A DNA stretch of 64,000 nt from Takakia lepidozioides (lineage: Eukaryota > Plantae > Bryophyta): the NCBI GenBank assembly GCA_030704615.1, contig CM060732.1:19778001-19842000 (forward strand). The letters run 5' to 3'. Each line of letters opens with the position of its first letter. The first letter of the stretch is position 1. A program made the position numbers and the translations under genes. Below the pieces are notes generated by a model. That model saw nothing but the letters and a program-made list of their open reading frames with translations, was not told where the DNA came from and searched no databases. Positions 40,073 through 52,425 of this stretch are shown here, piece by piece.

Positions 40073-41545
40073 GGGGAGTGCTTGCGCGTGAGCCTGGCCA
40101 CGTGAGCCTGTGAGCCCAGCCAGGCTCACGCCACGTCAGCAAGGTTTCCCACGTGCAAGACCTAATTCCGCGGATGCCACCTATTTCCGCGGAACTGTAG
40201 GCGACTACCACGCCCCAGATTTGCCAACATTAATTTCCGAGAAGTCTCATTCCTCATCCAAATCTTAGTCGAATGAGAAATCACGGGTGGTTTGTGGATA
40301 ATTTTTGTCCACGGGCACAGGATATTTCAGAGAGTACAATGTCATGTTGCGTAATGAACACGAAGGAGAATGAGTTTGTTCTAACGAAGTTCCGTCCCCC
40401 CAATTCACATCCACTTTTCATTGATAGATGTTCTCCAGACAAACACCAGGAAATCCCTAAAGCGTCTTTGCGGTTTATGAAAAAACATGGTGCAGAACAG
40501 GTTGGCAAGATTTGCAATGCAAGACACGAAACAAAGAACAACAGGGCCAGCAACCATACAAAATGCAAAAAACAGTCCTAAAAAAAGAATGCTTTCATTT
40601 CTCAAATCAAGGTTGCGTCAACGCAAGGTTGATTTGCATCACCCTCACAAAAAATAAAAAATAAAAAATAAATAAAAATAAAAATGATGCTTTCATTTCT
40701 CAAATCAAGGTTGCGTCAATGCAAGGTTGATTTGCATCACTCCCCAAGGAGGAAGAAAAAAACAAATATTCAAAAAATGATGCTTTCATTCTCAAATCAA
40801 GGTTGCGTCGACGCAAGGTTGATTTGCATCACTCCCCAGGGAGGAAAAAAATAAAAATAAAAAAAATAAAAAAATCAAAAAATGATGTTTTCATTTCTCA
40901 AATCAAGGTTGCGTCAACACAAGGTTGATTTGTATCACCCCCAGGGAGAAATAAAAAATAAAAAATAAAATGAAGTCGTATGTCTGTCGATGTATGTCAC
41001 GTCATCAATCGTGTTGTGCGTGCCACTACCATTTGTTGCATTCGTTCCTCAAACTCATTTGTTCATTTGCGAACACATCAAGTCACATTCAAATGAACAT
41101 TCTCGGAAACCAACCTCGTATTAATACAAGGTTGATTTTGAAAACTTCAAATCAACCTCGTGTTACAAGGTTGATATCAGTTCTAGGAAATCAACCTCGT
41201 GTTAATACAAGGTTCATTTCAAGTTCTCTGAAATCAACCTCGTGTTAACACAAGGTTGATTTCAGTTCTAGGAAATCAATCTCGTGATAATACAAGGTTC
41301 ATTTCAAGTTCTCTGAAATCAACCTCGTGTTAACACAAGGTTGATCTCTGCGGACGCCCTAAACCCTTAATCCATCTCACCTTCAGATGGTGAAATCCCA
41401 CGGTTATATCTTTGTGGTGACCTGGCACAACCTTGGGTGGGCTCACGCCAACGCCACGTCAGCGCTGTGAGCGTAAGCTCACGCCACATCACCATTGTAT
41501 GAGCGTACGCTCACACGCCAGGCTCACGCGGTAGCATCGTTGAAG
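40073..41545. mobile_element. Non-autonomous TIR element inserted in a LINE-derived repeat
   Basis: Inverted ends share GCGTGAGCCTGGC; host repeat breaks at ...CACACAAGCA and resumes at TCAATCTG; internal palindromic tandem repeats. Confidence 0.7.
40590..41345. repeat. Two arrays of palindromic repeats (AATCAAGGTTGCGTCAACGCAAGGTTGATT x4; AATCAACCTCGTGTTAACACAAGGTTGATT x~6)
   Basis: Directly visible repeated hairpin units. Confidence 0.85.
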
Positions 41546-42239
41546 CAGACATCAATCTGATGTGTGTGAGATGCCCAAAAACTAGGCCTCAGAAGGGGCT
41601 GGGCTTTTGGCTCAGCCTCAACTTTTTCAAAGTTAGTAAACATAGGTACATACACAATTCCCTTGATAGATTTGAAGAGAGCGTCTCTTTGGTGAGAGAA
41701 CCCCGGACAGTGTATCAGAAAATGAGTATTGTCTTCAGATTGCCTACACAACGGGCAATTGCACTCTCCCTTTCCTCTCTGTTTCTGTTTGCTGTTCAAA
41801 GGTAGGCTTCCTGCCCTGAGTTTAAATTTCAGTCTAGTGCCGAGAGTGGATAGACCCTTGAGGTCATCCAAGATGTCCTCCCCCATGTCACTGATTGGAA
41901 ACAAGTTCAGGGAAGTTTTTTTGCCTAACTTCATTTCCATCAGACAATCTCATGGCAACAGACATGGTTGGACACTACAGCCTCTAAGTCAGATTTATCT
42001 TGCAGGGTGAAGACTTGCGGTTCCAGGTCCAGGTCCTTGAGAATCTTTTCTACTGTCTTCTGCCAAGACTTAGCCTATTTGACAGGTCGGTGGGCGGTCA
42101 TGTTTCCAAGATATAGAGTCGATTAACTTAGGATATCTGGCGTTGGACATATGCTGCAGCTGACCCCACCATCTGACCTCCCCCCCCCCACAACCCATTT
42201 TTTTTCATTGTTGCCCCCTCTCTCCCTCTGTCTCCCTCT

Positions 42240-45200
42240 CTACTGGGAATTGACAGTTTGCTATCAGTGTGGATTTTTGTTTTCTCATCCTCTATCAGGT
42301 TTTTTCATCCATACCGGATGAGCCACCACGATGGACACTGAATTACCTCTAGGATGGTTCTTTTGGCCTTTTCATTCCTCCTCTATTGACTCTCATCCAT
42401 ACCGGATGAGTCACCATGGAAGAAAAGAATTACCTCTATGGAGGTTGCCAACAGCATCCTATTTTTTCATCCGTACCGGATGAAAAACTACTAGGGTAAT
42501 AATTTTTCATTCCTTTTTTATTGACTCTTTTTATCCATACCGGATGGTCTGGTAAGGAATGATAGAATTAACTAGATGGAGGTAAGGCGCTGCCACGGAT
42601 GATATTCTCTATTTTTTCATCCTGACACAAGTGATCTGTCTATGGATGATGTGATTATGACCTGGAATTGATCTTTACTACCCCTAATTATGATTAATTA
42701 CGGTGGAAACCCTAACCCCTACCCCAAAACCTATTTTTAACCTTGCTATGGATGAAATCCGTCAAGGTATATGGATTCGTCCTACTGTTTTTCATCCACG
42801 GATGAATAATCGGGGGACAACCCTATGTCGTCTCTCCCGCTGTCAGAAGCACGCGATGTGATTCTGAGCTCTCGAGGAGAGTGTTATGGCGGGCGTGCTT
42901 CGGTGGCTGCCCCGTTTGTGGTGTCGTACCCATGCTGGACGAGCGCCTGGGGGGGCGCGAAGGCAGCGCCTTGTCTCTCTTGCGGGAAACACCGCTATGA
43001 AAGTAGTGACATCTTCCCTCCTCAGGCTTTTTCTGTGCTTAGCAAGGATGCTTATGATGGGAAATTCTCTCCCTCCTTTCTAGTGCCTTGCGATTGTGCT
43101 TGCTTTGCTTCACTGCTTATGTGCTTTGTGGAGGCGGCTTGCTACGGGTGGTGATGGCGCATAACCCTCTTCCCCAATCGCTTAAGGTGCCTTTGGAGTT
43201 TAGGGATTCTCATGTTCTTATCTCTTTCTCTTGCTTTTGAGTTTCTTAGTTGACATCGATGACAAGTGTGAGGGTCTGTGATTCACCTGGGGTTCCACAA
43301 TCCTCACTAACCTGTTGGTTTTTGTGGGGGCTTGTGATGGGACCAGGTGAGGATCCTCACCTACTTTGAAGTTTCTTGAGCATGCAGATTGGGATATGGG
43401 CTGAGGAGACCTAGGGTTGTGCGCGCTGTGAGGTGGCTGCTGGCTGCAGTCCCAATTTCAACCCAACTGCCCTTGACTTGATATGCTCCAGCCTGCGTTC
43501 TGGCCTTTGTCGTTCTACCGCCGATGTGCAGCTCGGCCTGACAGGCTTGTTTCCTGAGGCTTGCATACAAACCATACCCTACCTTTTAATCTTTGACAGC
43601 ACAACCTGTGGATTACTAAGCTAGGTTGTAAGTTATTTTGGCCAAAGAAGATCTGGTTTTTGGTGGTATGTTTTTGGCGGTTTTGGGTAACTATGGATCT
43701 TATGGCCTTGAAGTTTAAGGCGGCAGCCTGGTAGGGTACTGCCCTGCTCCTTGTCAGGCCTACTTCTGATGTGTACTGGATCGTAGTAAGGTTTCTTTGC
43801 ATGTGTTAGCATGGAACTCCTGAAGGATGAGGATGGTAAGCTGCAATGGAATCCTACCTACTGTTTTGGATCTGTCATGACATCAAGCCTATGACCTGCC
43901 ATCTGTTTTTTTTATACAAAAGAGGCTGGATCTTGGCTGTTCATGCTGTTTGTTGGTACAAGTCTTGAACCTGCAATCTGACAGGTTGCATTCACATTCC
44001 CTTGATACCTTGTATGATCACATGTCTCGGGGTGAATACAAATGATATGGAATCTACTTCATCTGGATCAAGTTGGACTGCTTGGTGGGATACTGAGATT
44101 CTGACAAAATGCAGGTTGGTCCTTATGCCTTGGCTGATGCATGACCTGCCATAATTAATGGCTGAATTGGTAAGCTGCTGGTATATGTACAGGCTGAACC
44201 AAGAGGCCTTGCAGCATGCACAGGGACAACAATATCTTATCTTGTCCCACACAAGAACAAACCCTGCCCTCCCACCTTGCTTTGTCTTGGATGATTGGGT
44301 GGTGTCTTTTGGGATGATTTGACAAGACTGGAAATATGAGATAGTGCCCTATCCAGAGCTGTTTATGTCTTTAATTGGCAATGACCCTTATGGGTCTTGT
44401 CCATGTCTTGACATGACGTGAATATCTTCCCTCTCCCTCTCTCTTTTTAATTTTTTTCTGCACAGGGGTCAACTCTGAGGTTAAGAAAACCATGCTTTGT
44501 CGCATTATTAGACCTGCCTTGGAGCACGGATCTGCAATATGGGTTGATAAATCTGACTTAGAGGCTGTAGTGTCCAAAGCCATGTCTGTTGCCATGAGAT
44601 TTCTCTGATGAAAATGAAGTTAGGCAAAAAACTTCCCTGAACTTGTTTCCAGTCAGTGACATGGGGGAGGACATCTTGGATGACCTCAAGGGTCTACCAC
44701 TCTCGGCACTAGACTGAAATTTAAACTCAGGGCAGGAAGCCTACCTTTGAACAGCAAATAGAAGTAGAGATGAAAGGGAGAGTGCAATTGCCCGTTGTGT
44801 GGGCAATATGAAGACAGTATTCATTTTCTGATACACCTTCCGGGGTTCTCTCACCAAAGAGACGCTCTCTTCAAATCTATCAAGGGAATTGTGCCTGTAC
44901 CTCTGTTTACCAACTTTGAAAGTCTCAAGGCTGAGCCAAAAGCCCAGGCCCTCCTGAGGCCTAGTTATTGGGCAAATCACACACAACAGTTTGATGCTTG
45001 TGTGAAGGGATTTCTAGAGGATATCTGGAAAACCCAAATTAATTCTATATATGAAGGTAAGTTTTACTACCAACGTCAGCCCCTGACAGAGGCAGGTTTT
45101 GTCCCATTTGTTTCCGCTCAAACTGGGCGCGGGGTCAATGGCCACAAGGCTACGGCAAACAACGTCTTATGAGTACAATCTTTTAACTTTTTCTGCACCC

Positions 45201-47700
45201 TCTCTCCCTTGTGGTTTGTTTACTTTTGTGAACAACAAAAAAGAGAGGGAAGATATACATGTCATGTCAAGACATGGACAAGACCGCTAAGGTCATTGTC
45301 ATTGAAAGACAAAACAGCCCTTTACAGGGCACCATCTAACATTCCCTTTCATGTTTACAATCTCATTTGAATACCCCATTACATTTCAGGGTCTCTGAAA
45401 AAATAGGGTGGGAGGGTGGGATTCCAGGTCAGTCATATCATGAAAGCACCATAGTTTGCACCATCATTTCAAAAACTCATTTCAAACTCATTTCAAAAAC
45501 CAGATTGCAGGTTTGGGGATATTTCCCAGAATCAAGCTCATAGCATTTCAGTTGAAAACAGCCAGCCATTCATGCCTTAAGTATTTGCAAGTAGACACAA
45601 CACCTTAGCAAAAAAAGTTGTGAAAACCACATTGCAGGTCTTGGGACAGTCCTCAAGACTCATGCTAAAAAACAATTCAAGTTGAGTTTGAAACAGTCAA
45701 ACAAATATGCCTTAAGCATTTGCTGGTTTACATCATGTTTCCTCTTGCCCTATTGGCATGGTTCAAGACATGGTATATATCATGAGGTTGCATGCCAACA
45801 TCCAGGTTTTGAACAAGTCTTCTCCCTAGAGGCTATTGCTGGCCTGAAGGTGACGTTTCAGTGTCGTGTCACAAGCAGGAATCATAAAACAGAAGCAAGG
45901 CAAATTATCTCAAATTTGCCTGCTATCAGCCCTCAAATTCAGACTGCTATGAGAGCCTTAATGAGTGTGTGTGTTCCCTAAACAAGGCGTACTTGTTTGA
46001 CACAACAGAGTCAAGCTGAGAGGTTTCATTCCAAAGCTAGTTTGGTGATGTATCAATGCCAAACCACAAGCAGTAAACATGAAACCTATGCAAGGTTGAG
46101 TGTTCCAAAACAGATCTAGGTCTTGAGTGGTATTCTAGAACCTCCAAAGATCTGAGTTAACAAAGAAACTCAGAAGAACCCTGCCTGCAGCCAGGCCTTT
46201 AAATTGAGAGTCTTTAACGGGCCAAGGTAAACAAAATCCAGGTCTTGAGCATTTCACTTCCCTAAGAAACAGTACTGGTTTGAAGTTGATGTTTCAGAAC
46301 CAAGATACAAGCAAGATTCTTAAAAAGGAAGAAGAAACAACAGGGTTGAGCCACCTTAAGCAGGTATAGGCCTGGAATGGTATTTTAAGGCCTCATAAAA
46401 TAGCTCTGCCAAGGTGAAAGAGCAGCTCAGAAACCCCCATTTGTTATCAAGCCATGAAACCAAAATGATATGAGGGCCTTGAAGAATGTGTGTTATCTAT
46501 CAAAGCCTATCCTTTTGATCCATCAAAGTCATACCAAGAAGTTTCATTTCAGAGCCAAGTATCAAAGCAGTCAGAGTAATAACTGCTATTTTGTACCCTT
46601 GTACCCTTCATAGCTTAACTCCTACACATGCAAATGTGGTTGTAAAAAACCAGAAACAGGGGTAAGGAGAGAAGCAGATCCTCATTGGAGCCATCTTGGA
46701 GCAGGTCTGAAGCGGAAGCGGCATGGTGGCAGTTTGAAACATCAAATGGCATCAGCAGCTTAGGCAGTAGCAGTATCCACATTTGCAAGAACAGGAGCTG
46801 CAAGCTTCAAGAAATCAAGACAAGTGAAGACCCTCATCTGTGCCCGTCCCAAAAACCACCACATAACGATGTGTGTTAGTGAGGATGCAGCAGGTGAGTG
46901 GCAGGTCTTCACAGTTGCTATCCATGTCAGTGTTGAATTCTAAAGCATGTACAGATCACAATTCAAGCAAGGGTAAACTCAAAAAACCTTGAGTGTTTGT
47001 GGTATGCCCTGCACCATGGCATCCAACAGATAGTCTCCAACAGAACGCAATCAAAGTAGAAGCGTTCACAGATAGAGAATGGCTTATACAAAAAGAGAGC
47101 AACATGTAATCTGTAGATAAATAGGGATAGAGTACTTCCCAACGAGGAGTAAAAGCGCCGCTGCAAAATAAAGAACCATAAGTTTCTGAGCAAAGCGATC
47201 ATCGCTTTGTCGTCTGCCAGAGAGGAATCTGCCTAACCGCCAATGCGCATCCCAAGAGCCAGCCATCACGAGTACCATGTAGCAGCAGGGGAGCAGGTTT
47301 ATACGGTGCATCATCAAGGTTCACTGAAGCACGAGTTCAGTGCTGTGAAATGCGTCGGCCTGCTTAAGGCATAACTTCCCGATTTCTCATCCAGGGTGGA
47401 TGAAAAATCACATTTTATCAAGAGAAGCACTTTGTCAATGGATGACATCCAATAAAAAGGTATCTTTTAGGGTTATGGTATAGGCTTAGGTTTAATAACT
47501 GCCATCATTTATGATGGTAGTTTTATTATTCTCTTGGATTTTAAAATAGGTAACCATTATTCATGTAGTTCATCCAGTTTAGATGAAAGAAATACATGGT
47601 AAACCAAGCTTTCTGTACATTAAGTTTCATCATCCTATAATAATATCATCCAAATTTGGATGAAAAAGGTTGGGATGAAAAACTAAATAACCTCAAAAGG
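42240..47700. mobile_element. Fold-back-like structure: diverged inverted arms around a LINE-derived core
   Basis: 44340-44450 is the inverse of 45237-45337; 43290-43390 is the inverse of 46795-46890; TTTTCATCC/GGATGAAAA motif clusters at both outer ends. Confidence 0.55.
44545..45172 (+). pseudogene. LINE ORF2 3' end including the stop codon (same family as the 38.6-42.2 kb copies)
   Basis: Near-identical to 41524-41990 in the opposite orientation; CPLC...EDSIHFLIH. Confidence 0.75.
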
Positions 47701-47990
47701 TTAAGGGAGAGAGGGACAGAGAGGGACAGAGAGAGGGAGAGACCAGGAAACCAAAAATAAATAAAATGGTGGGGGGGGGGGGGGGAGTGACTGAGCCCGT
47801 GGTGCTCAGCAGCTTCTGGTGGTGCTCAGTCACTTCCCCCCCCCACCTTTTTCTTTTCTCTTTGTTTCCCCCTCTCGAGACCCCGAGCACTTGCTGCTGT
47901 AAGCCCCCGACATGCTTGGTTTTTTTTGTTTTTGATCTGGAATGTTCCTAATGAGGCCAACTTGTGGGTTTGCATGACAGGTGCCAGCTT

Positions 47991-49523
47991 ATGGGGAAAG
48001 AGAAGAAGTCCCCTGCCCCAAAGAAAGGGACGGACAATCCGTTTGCTTTGCCGGCACGTGTGACGCGCCAGGGCGTCTCACGGCTAACCAGCCCCGTCGA
48101 CAGCCGCAGCCGGAGGGCTCGTCTGCCCCCCGAGGCCAGTACCCCCCCTCTTGTCCACATCTTGGATGCGCCAGGGGCCGGCTCAGCCAGCTCTCCTATT
48201 TGGGAGGTTGTTGCTGAGCCGGATGCTCAGTTGAGCACACCCCCGGCCACCAAGACGGGTGAAATGTACCTTGGCAAGCACATCACCCGTTCGGGGGCCC
48301 GGTATGGGCACCTTTTGGATGTCACCCCCATAGCAACCCCTTCCTCCGCAGCAAAGGTTGCACTTGCCAAGGCCCAACGTCAGGTTCAAGGGCCTTTGAA
48401 AGCCTCCATTGCCAGCCCATTGTTGTCGATGAGGGAGGAGGAGACGAGGAGGGCCAATGAAGTGGCCAAGATAGTGAAGCGCCTCGAAGAAGTCAAGCCG
48501 GGTGAGGGCTTCTACCCTGATACACATTTGGGGGGGGGGGGGGGGGGAGAGGAGGAGGTATGGGCCGGTTTGGAGCAGCCTAGCCGATCAGCGACACCGC
48601 CCCCTGAGCCTGAGCGGTCAGCAAAGAAGGGCCTGGACTACGGGGCGCCGCCGCCGGCTACGCTCCACATCTGGAATCTACTTCCAGTGGCGCTCCGGGA
48701 GGGGATAGAGTGGGCACATCCAGCAACGGGGACTCCTCCCACATCGGGTGACACCAGGGGCGAGTCGGACAAGCTTGCAAAGGTACAACTGTCACACCTT
48801 GTTCCATGATTTATCCTTTCCTTTGCATGCATGAAATTTTCTTTGTTGTTTGTTTCTTTTTTTGAATTTGGAGGGGTTATTTGTCTTCAGGAGGCAGCAA
48901 CATGGCTGGCCTCATTGGTGCAGTCCAGTGGGGTTGCCAATGAGGGAGAGCACGTGGTGTTCATGAAGGACCCGAACACCAAAGGTAAGAAGAAGAGGCC
49001 TCGATCTCCCAAGATCCCTTTTACCATTAATGAAGGGGCTGCCAAGGAGAGAGAGAGAAGGGAGAGGGAGAAGGAGAGAGATGAAGTAGCGGGGAAGGGG
49101 AAGGAGATGGTCGTGGAGAAGGGGAAGGAAAAGAAGAAGAAGAAAAAGAAGTCCCATGGAGAGGAAGGGGTGAGTGTGCATGTGGGGGAGGGCAGTGGGG
49201 TAACAAAGGAGTAGGGGAAGGAGGCTACAAAGAAGGGAGAGGGTGGGATGGCCTTGGCGATATAGGACGTGGAGTTGGCAAAGATCGTGGTGCCACCGGT
49301 GGAGGTGAATCGCCATGGTGACCCCTGCGGTGCGTTCTAGGAGGCTATGAAGAAGCCAGCCTTCGAACTCGCATTGAGGTGGTTCCCTTTGCACATCAAA
49401 TGGGCTGATCAGCACTTTGGCACGAAGCGGGCGTATGCTCATGTGTTAGACCGCCGGTTTCCGGGCAATTGGAGTGACACAAAGGGTGATGGAGATGGTG
49501 GGGCGAAACTTGAAGGACAGGAG
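47991..49523 (+). pseudogene. Spliced, low-complexity basic protein of unknown function, probably a TE accessory gene
   Basis: Long ORF from ATG 47991; in-phase GT-AG intron 48783-48890; K/E-rich tract; later in-frame TAG stops; truncated by the gypsy fragment. Confidence 0.45.
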
Positions 49524-51846
49524 GTACCATGCCAGACAGATCATTCGGAGGGCAATGGAAAAGGGAGCCATACCCAAACCACCTTATGGAATTACACAGG
49601 TTGGCAAATCCTGAATCATGTCACCTTCCATTTGTCGCATGTGCATTAATGAGATGGATTCGATGCAACGTATGTGTGTAATTCACTAATTGTTGGGGGG
49701 GGGGGGGGGTGCATAGGTATCGTGGGATGCACTCATTTAGGCTTGGATGGCAGTCAGGGGAAGGCCGGCGTGTGCAGCTCCCTATGACGTTCATAGGAGG
49801 AGTTCCGGTTGCCCAGCAAGGCAAGATGCCGACACTGATAGCATTCACAGCTGCAGTGAGTTGGTCTGGAGAGTTTCTTGAGGGCAACGCTCATTCAGAG
49901 GATGTGTCACCTCCGGGAGAGCAGGTTGACATGTATGGTATGGCGGATTTGCTTGTCATGGTTGCTCACACTCCATTGTGGGGCTCGAGCAAGGATTTGC
50001 AGCGGGTTGCTGATCGATGGGTGCAACAAGCCTGGGTAGAGGCTTTTGTATCGTCAGGAGAGGAGGACAGTGTGGGGATTGCACCAGGACCACCTCAGTT
50101 GTCACCATTGGACACCACACCGATCGTGTGGCAGTGTCCAGATAAAGGCATTTGCTTTCTGAACTTGTTTAGTGGGATCAGCACTGGATTGCTACAGACA
50201 GGTGTACGGGTACAGCGTTAGTTGTATGTGGAGAGGGATGAGACTGCACGACACATCTCACTCCGTCATATTGCTCAGTTAGTGCAACAATACCCTGAGT
50301 TGTTGCCGGTGTCTGCAATTTGTGGATATCAGCAGGCCTTGCCAGCAGACATTTTGTTGCTGGGGGCACAAGATTTGGAGCGGGTTGGCTCCATTGATTT
50401 GGTAGTGGTAGGTTGGCCCTGCCAAGGGCATTCATCAGCCGGGCATGGCAATGGATTACGAGACTCGAGGTCGGGTCTGTTTTGGGAGATGGTGCGGGTT
50501 TTGCGCCACTTACAGCTTCATCAAGCTGTATATCCAGCATATATTGGAGAATGTGCCACTATTGAGCGATTCTCGGGCCAGGGTGATGGCCAGTGTGCAT
50601 CAAGTCCGGCTGTGGCTTGGGTCAGCAGTGTTGCTCGATGCAACTGCAGTGGGGTCACGAGCTCATCGTCCACGGTTATGGTGGACTAACTTGATGCCAC
50701 CCGCACTGCTCAAGCGTGCATTTGATGGGGTGCAGCGGCCAGCACACCTCACAGTGGATAGCATTTTGGACACAGGGAGACAATCTTAGCATGTGAGACA
50801 CAATGACTGTTTGCCTTTGGCAGTGGTCAATAAGGTGGGTCAACCACGAGCAACACTACCTACACTGCTCAGCTTCCCAGGATCGCATGCTTTCCGGGAT
50901 AGTGGACCTGGCCTCCTGTGGGATGCTCAGTTGCAGCAGTTAGTGGAGCCTAATGCCGACGAGCGAGAGCGGGCTATGGGTTTTTCCACTGGGACCATGG
51001 CGGTGCCTTCTCTTTATGAGGCATCACGTCGTCAAGGGTTGGGGCAAGCGATGGATTTCAATTGCTTGACCTGGATTAGCAGCTTGGCTATGGCTGAGCA
51101 ACGTAGAGTGCAGAGTGCACTTCCCTTGACGGTCTCTCTGCCTATCGAGACGGTACAGGCAGTGAGTGGGGGCGAGCCGGTGAGGACCACATGGTGCAGA
51201 TATCCATGGCACAAGTCTGCTGGACTTAAGATTGCAGTTACGGAGGACAATTGGGAGCCTGACATTGGACCCATTGTCATCGGAGGAGAGATACAACGTA
51301 TATGGCAGTTCTTGAGGATTTACAGGAATTTCTTTGTCTCTCATGCTACGGTGGAGGAGCATGAGAGACATGTTCAGGTTGTGCATCGACCGGGTTTGGT
51401 CAATAGGGATGCGGATGGATTGAGTCGCAATCCATGCACGAGCCAGCAAGATGACACTGGAGCTCGGTGGCATGGTGAGACGGACGATGAGATGGTGCCG
51501 GGATGGCATGCATCTGCCTTTTTGTGTATCTTGGCATCAGGAGGTCAGGTTGGACCTACAACAGGATGATTGTAGACGGAGTGTCTGAGGACCCTGAGGC
51601 TAGTGATGAGCCAGGTGGTGCCAGAGATATACATGAGGATTCAGTTGTGTTGGACTATCTCCGCACTGGAGACACGACAGCTAGTGTGACTGCCAAGGAG
51701 AGGGATCGGATCCTGCAACGAGCCAAGAGGTTCAAGTGGGAGGGGATACACCTGCTTCGAGTGTGAGAGGATGGTTGGGTGAGGATCGTGCCTCACCCAA
51801 CACAGCGTGCATGGTTAGTGCGGCATGCCCATGAGGAGTTGGGGCA

Positions 51847-51964
51847 TGCTCGTAGTACCGCCACTATGCTGGTGTGTGATCGATGCTCAAGAGGTTGGCA
51901 CATGGGATGCTTGACACCACCTCTTGAGAGGGTTCATGATGGAGATTGGTTATGTCCACATTGA
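51847..51964 (+). pseudogene. PHD finger at the integrase C-terminus
   Basis: MLVCDRCSRGWHMGCLTPPLERVHDGDWLCPH*; the missing first CxxC is in copy 1 (RCMLCGSA). Confidence 0.88.
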
Positions 51965-52239
51965 TTGAGATAGTGGCAGTGGATATGATTAGTGGCAGCT
52001 AACAAGACATGGGAGGCCAAACTCATAGGAGTCAATACCCGAGATCTTAGGCTCAAGTTCACAGGTTGCAAGACGGTGACTAACGATGGGGCAACTCTTG
52101 TACCCGGCCTCTTGATCTATCGAGTTTGAGTGTAGTAGGGACAGTGATGGAGGACTTAATGAGGCTATGGCCACTATCACATCTTATGGCTACCTGGACT
52201 TAGAGGGACCTAAGCGCCAGCTAGGGGGGCGATTGTGAT

Positions 52240-52425
52240 GGACTAGTGGCAGCCTAGTGATGGACTAGTGGCTGCACTAGTGGTGGCTAGTGGCAGCCTA
52301 GTGGTTGGACTAGTGGCTGCACTAGTGGTGGCTAGTGGCAGCCTAGTGGTGCACTAGTGGTTGCACTAGTGGTGGCTAGTGGCAGCCTAGTGGTGCACTA
52401 GTGGTAGACTAGTGACAGACTAGTG
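52240..52425 (+). repeat. CTAGTGG-based minisatellite at the start of the LTR
   Basis: About 16 CTAGTG units spaced 11-13 bp apart. Confidence 0.85.

Larger units (their letters stand above)
38660..42180 (-). repeat. Tandem copies of a LINE ORF2 3' segment (CCHC zinc-finger region) joined by C-run/GA-rich linkers
   Basis: Copies at ~38660-39116, 39320-39888, 39955-40072 plus 41550-42180; KLRAGSLPLN...CPLC...EDNTHFLIHCP. Confidence 0.75.

Noticed and set aside
40590-41345. Palindromic repeats with spacers resembling a CRISPR array
   Set aside because: Spacers are A-rich and similar to each other, no cas genes, eukaryotic context; better explained as TE internal repeats.
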